Notes: generated from the sequence alone by a model not told the origin. 64,000 bases of DNA from Octopus vulgaris (GCA_951406725.2 OX597825.1:21018001-21082000); one strand, 5' to 3'. Shown: positions 26,292-37,615, counted from the first letter of the stretch. A program made the numbers and translations.

Positions 26292-26575
26292 CATCAAAAA
26301 TAGCGAAGGTGAGACAGCGTGCAGTTTAGCCAGGAAATCTGGCTTCTTGGAATGCGCCCGCAACCTCGAAATGGCTGCCATGGGCTCCATCAATGAGAGC
26401 CGAAGAACAGTTGTTGATGACATGGAAGTGCAAAGCTCAAGAAATTTACACGAAAAGTCTCTGAGCGATATCCTCATGGACAAGGAAGTCAAAAAGAACA
26501 GGAAATTAGTTGGTGGTCGGAAGAGAACTCTAGAAGATTTAGATGAAGGAATTTTCAAATATTTACGACAAGGGG
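26292..26575 (+). CDS. ANKRD10: ANKRD10-like coding exon (phase 2-1, 284 bp)
   Basis: ttctcttccag acceptor, G|GTAAGT donor; IKNSEGETACSLARKSGFLECARNL...GGRKRTLEDLDEG matches recalled ANKRD10 LRNASGLTAADIA..GFQECAQFL...RKRCLED. Confidence 0.9.
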
Positions 26576-27049
26576 GTAAGTTTTGTCCTTTTGATTTTGA
26601 CAGTTGTGGTGTTCCATACAATGCCTGAATTAAAACAAATTGTAAGCAAGGACATAACTCTGCTTCTTCTAGTTTGCTTGGTAGGGCAAAATAAAGCCTG
26701 GATCCCTCCACTTTTCAATGGGTAAGACGATCAAGTCCAGGGTTCAGCAATAGGTGGGCAATGACCCATAAGGGCTCCACTGAAGTGTTTTTTTTTAGTT
26801 TTCTATAGGATTCAGATCCTTTTTTAAAGATAAAAAAATTTGTTATATTCTTGGTCTGTTGAGAAATCAAGGGTTTTTCTTTAATCGAATGTGGGCCTCG
26901 AGAAAAAGAAGTCGCTGGTCCTTGATCTAATTTTTTAAAAAATCAATATCACATGTGTATACAGGGAAAAATGAATTTTGAAGAGTAAATAAATGAAACA
27001 AGTAAAGAAAAAAATCAAACGACATGTAAGTCTGTGTTTCATTTTATCT

Positions 27050-27500
27050 TCAATTCAATTCAATTTTTATTGGCTCAAAAAGCAAAAGCAAGGCCATGTA
27101 GGGAGACAGGGAGTTATGTACAGGGTGGGTGGTCATACAAAGAGTTCAGGCCATTTCTGGTCAAGAGAGACTTTGAACCGAGCGGTCGTCAGCATCTTCA
27201 CTATCTCGTCTGGCAGCTTATTCCACGGATCTGCAACCCGGACGGAGAAAGCCCCTCTCCTTCAATTGAGATGAAATTGTCGTAGATAGAGCTTTTCGGA
27301 GTGACCCCGCAGCCGATGCTCTGGAGTAGGAGTGAAGAACAGCTCTTTCGAGAGGTTACACTTTCCGCTTATGATGTTGTGAGCGAGAATGAGATCACCA
27401 CGGTGTCGGCGTCTTTCGAGAGAATAAAGGTCGAGCGTCTTCAGCCTTTCTTCATAAGACAAATGCTTGAGACCAAGAACCATGCGGGTAGCCAGCTTGG
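27050..27500 (-). mobile_element. 5'-truncated CR1-clade LINE 3' end
   Basis: near-identical reverse complement of 13356-13788; (AATTG)n tail. Confidence 0.9.
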
Positions 27501-27687
27501 AAATGAGGAAACAGAAATATGAACATTTTAGTAGCTCCACAGTATTTATCACACATGGTTCCACTTGAGTATCTGTTGAAGTTCCCACAGATAGGCGGAC
27601 TATGTTGTGGGATAGTGTCAGGGTATTGGGAATATTTATTGGCTGCAGGACACATACACACTCATACAGACACATTTACACATTTGA

Positions 27688-27769
27688 AGCTCTGATGAAG
27701 CTATAAGATGATAACACAAACACTCAACTATGAGTGCATCGCATCTTACAGCAGAAACAGCCGTAAGCT
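27688..27769 (+). ncRNA. type-I hammerhead motif with long stem II
   Basis: AGCT-CTGATGA-A-GCTATAAGATG...CATCTTACAGC-A-GAAA-CAGCCGT-A-AGCT. Confidence 0.65.
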
Positions 27770-27840
27770 AATAAACTTCATTGCATTATTTCTTGTTCCC
27801 TTGTCATTTGTATAATTTCTTATACACTCCCTCATGCATG

Positions 27841-28175
27841 TGAAGATGCATGGCTCAGTGTTTAGAGCATCGAGCTTACGATCGTGAGGTTGTGAGTTTG
27901 ATTCCTGGACTGGGCTGTGTGTTGTGTTCTTGAGCAAGACACTTTATTTCACGTTGCTCTAGTTCACTCAGCTGTAGAAATGAGTTGCGACATCACTAGT
28001 GCCAAGCTATATCGGCCTTTGTCTTTCTTTTGGATAACACTAGTGGTATGTAGAGGAGAGGTTGGTATGCATGGGCGACTGCTGGCCTTCCATAAACAAC
28101 CTTGCCCAGACTTGTACTTCGGAGGGTAACTTTCTAGGTGCAATCCCATGGTCATTCACGACCGAAGGGGGTCTC
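27841..28175 (+). mobile_element. SINE family C
   Basis: flanked by repeated CTCCCTCATGCATGTG / CCCCTCATGCATGTG (TSD-like). Confidence 0.85.
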
Positions 28176-28509
28176 CCCTCATGCATGTGGTGAGCTTCTT
28201 TGAGTTTCTAGCAAATCCACTCACAAGGTTTTGGTTGGTCCAGGTCTACAGTAGAAGACACTTGCCTAAGGTGCTATGCAGTGGGACTGAACCTGGAACC
28301 ATGAGATCATGAAGCATATTTCCTAATCACACAGCCACACTATGTACACTATGCCTATAAAGACGATATTGTTGATATTAGCCTTCTGTTGGTGTAGGAT
28401 AGTCAAACAAAACAAATACTTAGAGTAACAGCTGTGGCAAATACAACATTATATAATTTCTTCTCTGTTTATTTAATTATATCAGCTGAAATAATTTATA
28501 TCATCGTCA

Positions 28510-28890
28510 GGAGTGGCTGTGTGGTAAGTAGCTTGCTTACCAACCGCATGTTCCGGGTTCAGTCCCACTGTGTGGCACCTTGGGCAAGTATCTTCTGCTA
28601 TAGCCTCAGGCTGTCCAAAGCCTTGTGAGTGGATTTGGTAGACAGAAACTGAAAGAAGCCCGTCATATCGGGGAGCTGGCAGAACTGTTAGCACGCCAGG
28701 CGAAATGCGTAGCCGTATTTCTTCTGCCATTACAATCTGAGTTCAAATTCCGCCGAGGTTGACTTTGCCTTTCATCTTTTCGAGGTCGATAAATTAAGTA
28801 CCAGTTACGCACTGGTGCTGATGTAATCGACGTAATCCATTTGTTTGTCCTGGTTTGTCCCTTCTATGTTTAGCCCCTTGTGGGTAATAA
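28510..28890 (+). mobile_element. SINE family D head fused to SINE family E
   Basis: D head ends AAGCCCGTC at ~28664; E body follows. Confidence 0.75.
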
Positions 28891-29484
28891 AAAAATATAT
28901 ATGCATATATATATATATATACATACACACACACACACACACATATAGGTTAAGGTAGAGAGGCCAGGCATGATAAGGACATTTAATTCAATCTAAATTT
29001 AGCCACATAAAGAATGGTAAAAGATTGTAAAAGAAATAGTTTCTGACTTACGTTTCCCCACCTACTTCTATAACAGGTTTATGTCTTAACCTTTTTGTAT
29101 CACAAATCGTGAATCTTTTGTTTACTAGTTGACATCTAGTTTCACTTTCCTTAGTGGTTAGACAACCATAGTATCCTCCCTCCCACCGTAAGATCTAGCG
29201 ATCTATTATAAACTCAACTATTATCTTTCTTATGTCCACTTTACTACCTACACTCCTCCTCATTGATATCCAGCCCTGTAGGTCGCCGCCGTTCAAGAAT
29301 TTGGACCTGGAGATCTCCATTTCCAGCGACTTTGAGGGCCACCTCCCAGTGGTGTCGGGCGTCAACGAAAAGCCCTTGACTACAACAAGACAACCTCGTA
29401 TGGGAATGCCAATTTACTAGTCCTTGGCACTCTCCCTCTAATTTTCTTAGACAAAAATACCCCTCATTATACTGCTTAGTAAAA

Positions 29485-29710
29485 AGGCGGCGAGCTGGCA
29501 GAAACGTTAGCACACTGATAAGCGATATTTCGTCTGCCGTTACGTTCTGAGTTCAAATTCCACCGAGGTCGACTTTACCTTTCATTCTTTCGGGGTTGAT
29601 AAATTAACTATCAGTTATGCACTGGGGTCGATATATTGACTTAATCCGTTTATCTGTCCTTGTTTGTTCTCTCTGTGTTTAGCCCCTTGTGGGTAGTAAA
29701 GAAATAGGTA
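29485..29710 (+). mobile_element. SINE family E
   Basis: GGCGGCGAGCTGGCAGAAACGTTAGCAC start; partial duplicate follows to ~29840. Confidence 0.8.
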
Positions 29711-29886
29711 TTTTGTCTGCTGCTATGTTCTGAGTTCTAATTCTGCCGAGGTTGACTTTGCCTTTCATCCTTTTGGGGTCAAATAAATATGTACATGTGA
29801 AACACTGGGGTCCATGTAATTGACTAGCCCCCTCCCTTGAAATTTCTATAGTAGAAAGGATTATACTGCTTAGTATATATCTATTG

Positions 29887-30135
29887 TGGAGGCACGTGGC
29901 TTAGTGGTTAGGGTGTCAGCATCATGATCGTAAGATTGTGGTTTCGATTCCTGGACCGGGCGACGCGTTGTGTTCTTGAGCAAAACACTTCATTTCACGT
30001 TGCTCCAGTCCACTCAGCTGGCAAAAATGAGTAACGTGGCAATGGACTGGCTTCCTGTCCAGTTGGGCAACACATACGCCATAGAAACCAGGAAACCGGG
30101 CCCAGGAGCTTGGCTAGGCTTTAAGAGGGCGCATT
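29887..30135 (+). mobile_element. SINE family B head + tail Y
   Basis: TGGCTTAGTGG / GTTTCGATTCC boxes; tail GGCTAGGCTTTAAGAGGGC. Confidence 0.85.
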
Positions 30136-30821
30136 TATAATATATCTATTATGTGGTTAGGAAGCTTGCTTCTCAATCATATAGTGTCTTCTACTATAGC
30201 TTTGGGCCGACCAAAACTTGTGAGTGGATTTGGTAGACGGAAACTGAAAGAAGCCTGTCATATATATATATGTGTGTGTGTGTGTATTTGTGTGTCTGTG
30301 TTTGTCCCCCAACATCACTTGACAACTGATGCTGGTGTGTTTACGTCCCCGTAACTTAGTGGTTCGCAAAAGAATCTGATAGAATAAGTACTAGGCTTCC
30401 AAAGAATAAGTCCTGGGGTCGATTTGCTCGAGTAAAGGCGGTGCTCCCAGCATGGCTGCAGTCAAATGACTGAAACAAGTAAAAGAGAAATAAAAGGGTC
30501 CATAATATAAATATCATTGTATATAATGGGCCAAAGTAAAACACTGCCAGTGAATATAACAGAAGAAATCAACAACATGATACATTGTTACACTGTGTGT
30601 ATGTGTGTGTGTGTGTGTGAGCATAAGTAGTATAGCAGTAACTAATGTATATGATGTGAGTCTTAAAGTAACATGTAGCTGATTAGTAATGTATACAAAT
30701 TAGAAGCAGGTTGTAATATATGACTAATAATGAGGTAAATTCAAGTTGGTTTTGTTTATTGTTTTACTGAGTAAAACGTGGCAACCGCATGTATAGGTGA
30801 GTGTACATACATGAACACCTC

Positions 30822-30854
30822 GTATATATGTGTGTGTCTGTATATACACATATC

Positions 30855-30898
<44 letters not shown>

Positions 30899-30918
30899 TT
30901 ATACATACATACACTTAC

Positions 30919-30950
<32 letters not shown>

Positions 30951-31028
30951 TTATATATATATGCATATATATATACACACACACACACACATATATATAT
31001 ACACACACACATTATACATACATACACT

Positions 31029-31059
<31 letters not shown>

Positions 31060-31221
31060 TTATATATATGCATATATATACACACACACATATATATATA
31101 TATATATACACACACACATACATATATATATACATATATATACACACACACACGCATATATATATATATATATACACACACATACATGTATATGCACATA
31201 TATATATACACACACACACAC
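30822..31221. repeat. compound (TA)n/(CA)n microsatellite
   Basis: direct reading. Confidence 0.95.
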
Positions 31222-31909
31222 CTACTCATTTTTTTTTTACTTATTTTGAACATTGGAGAGTGGTCATGCTGGAGCACCACCTCGAAGGGTTTAGTTGAGC
31301 AAATCACCTCCACATTGTACTCTTTTTATTTTATTTTATTTTTTTTTGATGCCTAGTACTTGTTCTATTGGACACTTTTGCCGAACTGCTAAGTTATATG
31401 GATGTAAACAAGTAACCAACACTGTCAGACAAACACACATACACACACCCACACACACACTCACTCTCACACACGCACATATCATGGGCTCCTACACAGT
31501 TTTCGTCTACCGATTCTAATTGCAAGGCTTCTGGCAGCCTGGGGCTACAGCAGAAGACACCCCCATCCCCGAGGGCACTATTTAGTGCAAATGAAACCCC
31601 CCTCCCCTGAACCACGTGGCTGGCAAACAAAGGTTTTTACCTCACAGTCACACCCAAAATATTCAATGTTGCTTATAACTAGATCTTAGCCTTTAATTTC
31701 TACATGCACCGTGTCCCCCTGTCCCCATACCATCTCCCCCTTTCTTGGTTTGCATGGCTGAGCAAGTTCCCTTTGTTTCTACAAATGTAATTTTCACATT
31801 CGTAAAAGACTTGGGACATGTTATATAACAACTACAACAAACAGCTCTAAGTACCTCCGACTGCTAACAGTCTGATAAACCATTATTTGACGTTGTTAAT
31901 GATTCTATC

Positions 31910-31947
<38 letters not shown>

Positions 31948-32664
31948 TTCTCTCTTTTTTTTGTTTTTGATGTAACTCTATGAAATGCCAAATATGATAA
32001 CATTCTTAGATTTAAAATCCAAAACAATTTAATTAGTTGTAACAGTTATCTGGGCCATTTTATACTCCTTCCTTGTCCCACTCCTAGCTCTCTCTCCCTC
32101 TCTCTCTCCCTCCCTCTCTCTCGCGCTCTCTCTCTCTCTCTCTTACCCTCACTCCATGTCCCTGTTTCTCTCTCTTTCTACAACCCTCTCCTTCCCTCCC
32201 TCCCTGTCTGCCTCTGCTTCTCCCCACTCCTCTTGCTTTTCATCACTCTGAAACTATACACCTCATAAAAGCCACATGACAGAGCTAATTTCTGACAGTT
32301 TGTAAATTGTGTTGCTAAGGCAAGAAGAGTCAGCAAGCAAAGGGTATTTGTGTGAGAAAGTTTTCCCTCATTGTAGTAGTTGTCTTGTGGAACAAATAGA
32401 AAAACCGAAAGCTTAGCAGGAAGGAGAAGAGACAATATGGGTAAGAGAGATTTTTCAGTTTACTTGGAAACATAATTTACAAGATATGAGGAAAAAAAAA
32501 TGTAGCACATAAATATATATATGTGTGTGTGTGTGTGTGAGTATATATATATATATACATCACACATACACATATAACTATATAATATAAATGTATACAT
32601 GTAGTTATATATATATTTTCTGTATCAGATCATCGCAGAAAACGCATGTGCTCGTTTGTTTATC

Positions 32665-32667
<3 letters not shown>

Positions 32668-32745
<78 letters not shown>

Positions 32746-32768
32746 ATATATCTCTATATATAAAACTG

Positions 32769-32839
<71 letters not shown>

Positions 32840-32945
32840 ATATATGTGTGTGTGTGTGTATATATGTGTGTGTGTGTATATATATATGTGTGTGTGTGTA
32901 TATATATATATGTGTATGTGTATATATATTATATACACACACACA
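32668..32945. repeat. (CT)n followed by (TG)n/(TA)n microsatellite
   Basis: direct reading. Confidence 0.95.
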
Positions 32946-33247
32946 TTTATATAAAATATTAAGATTCAGGTGAATTAGATGCTTAAATTGAAGCACCTTG
33001 TTAGGTCAGAGTAACACATGCCCATCCATACAGTATTGAGTATGAAACTCTATGCGGAAGTGTTTGTTCTTGATATTTCTTGCAGTGATAACACGACTCA
33101 GCTTTGTGAAGAGATTTGCCCTTGGCTGTTCAGACATACTTTATATAAAAATACTTTGTCTGATATTTCAGAAGGGCAGACTCCAGGGTAGAGGAATACA
33201 ATACAATAAAATATAAATGAGACACCTGTACATCATAGTTACTCATT

Positions 33248-33285
<38 letters not shown>

Positions 33286-33626
33286 TACAAATATATATAT
33301 ATATTTATTTACCTGCATGAGAAAATAGATGTATAATGCTGATTGTACACACACACACATACACACGTGGACCCTTACAAATGCATTATACCTGATGTTT
33401 GAAAGGTTGTTAGTTTATAATACTCTATCCGCCTCGTTTTAATATCTGCTTTTCTATACCTGCATGAGTCAGACAAGATTTATTGACGTAATTGGTCTGT
33501 GGGTCAGATGCATACATATACATATACATATATATATATATTAAATTAGAGATAAAACCACTATTAGGCAAATCAAACAGTGAAAAACATAAACCAAAAC
33601 ATAGAAATAAATTTAATATATATATA

Positions 33627-34036
33627 GGTGCAGGAGTGGCTGTGTGGTAAGTAGCTTGCTAACCAACCACATGGTTCTGGGTTCAGTCCCACTGCGTGGC
33701 ATCTCGGGCAAGTGTCTTCTGCTATAGCCCCGGGCTGACCAATGCCTTGTGAGTGGATTTGGTAGACGGAAACTGAAAGAAGCCTGTCGTATATATGTAT
33801 ATATATATATGTATGTGTGTGTGTTGTGTGTCTGTGTTTGTTCCCCTAGCATTGCTTGACAACCGATGCTGGTGTGTTTACGTCCCCGTCACTTAGCGGT
33901 TCGGCAAAAAGAGACCGATAGAATAAGTACTGGGCTTACAAAAAGAATAAGTCCCGGGGTCGAGTTGCTCGACTAAAGGCGGTGCTCCAGCATGGCCGCA
34001 GTCAAATGACTGAAAGAAGTAAAAGTAAAGTAAAGT
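33627..34036 (+). mobile_element. SINE family D
   Basis: full-length, close to consensus. Confidence 0.9.
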
Positions 34037-34201
34037 ATATATTTATACTGTAAAATTAGATTTAATCCTAAATCTAATTTTTCCCTGTAAGTTTGGATTT
34101 ACTACCTAATATTTTATTATATATATATATATATATTTGTATGCATATATGTACACTTGCATCCATACATATGTAATACATACACATACATGTGTATATA
34201 A

Positions 34202-34247
<46 letters not shown>

Positions 34248-34417
34248 ATACACGCAGGATTGCACCTAATGACTCCTGCTCCAGTTTCTATAACTTCAGA
34301 AACTTTTACGCTTCTCTTTTCTTCTTTCTTTCGTCCCCTTATTCTTTGCCCCCTTCCTCTTTGTTGATATCTTCTCCATATATACCATTCTTGTTTTCCC
34401 TATTTTTTTCCCTATTT

Positions 34418-34473
34418 GTCTCTGATAACAGAATATCCCATACGCGGGGATATCCTAGAAACTGTTATAAGAT
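34418..34473 (+). ncRNA. degenerate hammerhead motif
   Basis: GTCT-CTGATAA-C-AGAATATCCC...GGGATATCCT-A-GAAA-CTGTTATA-AGAT; C3-A8 mismatch, stem III eroded. Confidence 0.4.
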
Positions 34474-34559
34474 TTTGAATTTCTTCCTATAATAACTTAA
34501 GATGTTTGTGTTGCCTTAATGTTTACTCTCCTACTTAACAATTAATTATATATATATAT

Positions 34560-34912
34560 ATATTCTGTTGTGTCTGGGGAGAGTCATTCTCCTTTAGTGC
34601 CTTATTATTTAACACACTCACTGGTAAAATTTCCACTTATTTCTTATTTTTATTTTCTAAAATTTTTGTTGCATCTTGCAACCTTTTCAGTAGTCTTGAC
34701 TCTTGAATAGTCAAGACTATTGAAAAGGTTGCAAGATACAACAAAAATTTTAGAAAATAAAAATAAGAAATAAGTGGAAATTTTACCAGTGAGTGTGTTA
34801 AATAATAAGGCACTAAAAGAAAATGACTCTCCCCAGACACAACAGAATATGCTTCAACACATGAACTCATATAAAGAATCTTGCAAACCAAATCCAAAAA
34901 ACGAAATATATA
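34560..34912. mobile_element. Penelope-like foldback: 291-bp palindrome plus ORF start
   Basis: arms 34560-34701 / 34709-34850 with no indel; ATG at 34823 starts MTLPRHNRICFNT*THIKNLANQIQK; decayed hammerhead at 34717-34753. Confidence 0.7.
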
Positions 34913-34916
34913 TAAC

Positions 34917-35386
34917 GTAAGGGGGATCAGCCATCTGAATGTGGCTATGGACAGGGTGGGGTGGTGGGGGTGTTAGTGATGCTTTTAGCCCCAGGCGATC
35001 ATCAACGTCACCAGAAGGACTGATACCATATCAGAGTCCTTGTTTGCCTGTAAAGGGAGGTCATCCTCCCTCGAAGATACGGATGCTACATACGGACCGG
35101 TTTCGAGGTCATTGCCTCTTATCAACGTATGGTAAGCACTGTTCCTCGATGAAGGATTCCCTCCACAAGCAACATATATGAGGTTTTTCACAGTAACTAC
35201 TGTCACTGATGTAGAAAAACTGTCTGAAAACAATAATAAATCTCTGAACGAGATATAAACAGTAACTGCTCGACAATGTAAGGGGGATCAGCCATCTGAA
35301 TGTGGCTATGGACAGGGCGGTGTGGTGGGGGTGTTACTGATGCTTTTAGCCCCAGGCGATCATCAACGTCACCAGAAGGACTGACA

Positions 35387-35392
<6 letters not shown>
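34917..35392 (-). mobile_element. retrozyme-like or solo pLTR-like element, 361-bp unit in partial tandem
   Basis: 34917-35031 is repeated at 35278-35392; intact hammerhead; flanked by TA runs. Confidence 0.8.
35089..35131 (-). ncRNA. intact minimal type-I hammerhead ribozyme motif (U3-A8)
   Basis: minus strand CATACG-TTGATAA-GAGG-caatga-CCTC-GAA-ACCGGT-C-CGTATG. Confidence 0.88.
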
Positions 35393-35432
<40 letters not shown>

Positions 35433-35518
35433 AGAATTCACAAAAAAACAAATGACGAAGACAAGTGGTGTAGACAACAAACAGATGTAATAGTATAACG
35501 CTCGGGAAGTGAACAAGT

Positions 35519-35556
35519 CTTTAACATTTCGAGCCTATGCTCTTCCACAGAAAGGA
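35519..35556 (-). ncRNA. degenerate hammerhead motif (same family as 41750)
   Basis: minus strand CTTT-CTGTGGA-A-GAGC-atag-GCTC-GAAA-TGTT-AAAG; A6 mutated. Confidence 0.5.
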
Positions 35557-35579
35557 ACACAGAGAAAGAAACAAAGAGA

Positions 35580-35915
35580 GGAAGGCACATAGCTCAGTGT
35601 TTAGAGCATTGAATTTACAATTCAGGTTGTGAGTTCAATTCCTGGATTGGGCAGAATGTTGTGTTCATGAGCAATATACTTTATTTCACTTTGCTCCAGT
35701 TCACCCAGCTTTAGCAATGAGTTGCTATGTCACAAGTACCAAGATATATCAGCGTTTGCCTTTCCCTTGGGCAACATCGGTGGCATAGAGTGGAGACTGG
35801 TATACATGGGTGACTGCTGGTCTTCCACAAAAACATCCTTCTCCAGGACTTGTGCCTTGGAGGGGAACTTTTTAGGTGAAATCCTACAGTTATTCGTGAT
35901 CAAAGGGGGTCTACC
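35580..35915 (+). mobile_element. SINE family C
   Basis: diverged copy. Confidence 0.75.
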
Positions 35916-35919
35916 CTTT

Positions 35920-35967
<48 letters not shown>

Positions 35968-35968
35968 A

Positions 35969-36372
35969 GGCTCAGGCGTGGCTGTGGTAAGAAGTTTGCT
36001 TCTCAAGCACATGGTTCCAGGTTCAGTCCCACTGCATGGCACCTTGGGCTAAGTGTCTTCTATAGCCTTGAGCCGACCAAAGCCTTGTGAGTGGATTTGG
36101 TAGACGTAAACTGAAAGAATCCCGTCGTTTATATATATAGATATATGCATGTATATGTTTGTGTGTCTGTATTTGTCCCCCCCCCCCAACTTTGCTTGAC
36201 AACCGATGCTGGTGTGTTTACATCCCCGTAACTTAGCTGTTCGACAAGAGAGACCGATATAATAAGTACCAGGCTTACAAAGAATAAGTCCCGGAGTCGA
36301 TTTGCTTGACTAAAGGTGGTGCTCTGGCATGGCCACAGTCAAATGACTGAAGCAAGTAAAAGAGTAAAGAGT
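35969..36372 (+). mobile_element. SINE family D
   Basis: full-length copy. Confidence 0.85.
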
Positions 36373-36381
36373 ACACATTCA

Positions 36382-36616
36382 CGGGGTGTTCAAAAAGTCT
36401 CTCCACAGTATCGTATTGCAAAATAAATATTTATAAGATGGTATAAGACTACAAAAGAATATATTAGACTTTACAAGTCTTTAAAAAACTTTATAAGAGA
36501 TGTTGAAAGCGTTGTCCTTTATTTTCAATACATACAGTTGACTCTTCTGCCCATGTTTTGAATGTACATGCGCAGGATGAAAAAGTTCACTGCGGAGAGA
36601 CTTTCTGAACACCCTG
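36382..36616. mobile_element. mariner-like MITE
   Basis: 28-bp TIR CGGGGTGTTCAAAAAGTCTCTCCACAGT / ACTGCGGAGAGACTTTCTGAACACCCTG; TA on the right side. Confidence 0.8.
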
Positions 36617-36958
36617 TATATATGTATATATACTCTTTTACTCTTTTACTTGTTTCAGTCATTTGACTGCGGCCATGCTGGAGCACTGCCTTTAATCGAG
36701 CAAATCGACCCGGGACTTATTCTTTGTAAGCCCAGTACTTATTCTATCGGTCTCTTTTGCCGAACCGCTAAGTGACAGGGACGTAAACACACCAGCATAT
36801 ATATATATATATATATATATCTGTTGTTTTTAGCCCGAAGCTAAAAACAAAAGTAACATCGTACCCGGGGCTGGGGGGGTCTGCCCCTTTTAGCTGGCAA
36901 ATATATTTTATGATTCCATACTGTTACTGTTTACTTCTCGCTCAGAGATTTGATATAG

Positions 36959-36993
<35 letters not shown>

Positions 36994-37615
36994 CAGGCAT
37001 GGCTGTGTGGTTAGGGAGCTTGCTTCCTAGCTACATGGTTTTGGGTTCAGTCCCACTGCGTGGCACTTTGGGTAGGTGTCTTCCTCTATAGCCCCGAGCC
37101 AACCGAAGCTTTGTGATTGAATTCGGTAGGTGGGAGTTACTGCCGTGTGTGTATGTGTGTGTATAGCTGCTCAGTGCCTCTCCAAAAGAGAGAGAGGGTA
37201 TGTATATATTTGTATCTGTGTTTGTCCCCTGTATTTGGCAACTGGTGTTGGTGTGTTTACATCCCTCTGTAACTTAGCAGTTCAGCACAAGAGACCGATA
37301 GAATAAGTACTCGGCTTACACAGAGTAAGTGCTGGGGCTGATTTGTTCATCTAAAACCACCATAAGGTGGTGCTCCAGCATGGCCGCAGTCAAATGAGCA
37401 AAACTGGTAAAGAAATAAATAAATAAAGAAATAAATAAAAAGAAGAAAAAAACGAGGGTAGCAATGCAACGACTGACAAGTACTGCGCATTCTGTGATTT
37501 CACCTTATGCACTGCGGTAAACAACTTATCAGCTTATGTAATATTCTACTATTTGTTTACTAAATAAATATAAGATAAAAAAATTAAAAAATTGTCAACT
37601 TCTATTATATTCATT

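Noticed and set aside
26220-26711. 163-aa minus-strand ORF
   Set aside because: Antisense shadow of the ANKRD10 exon with no recognisable domain.
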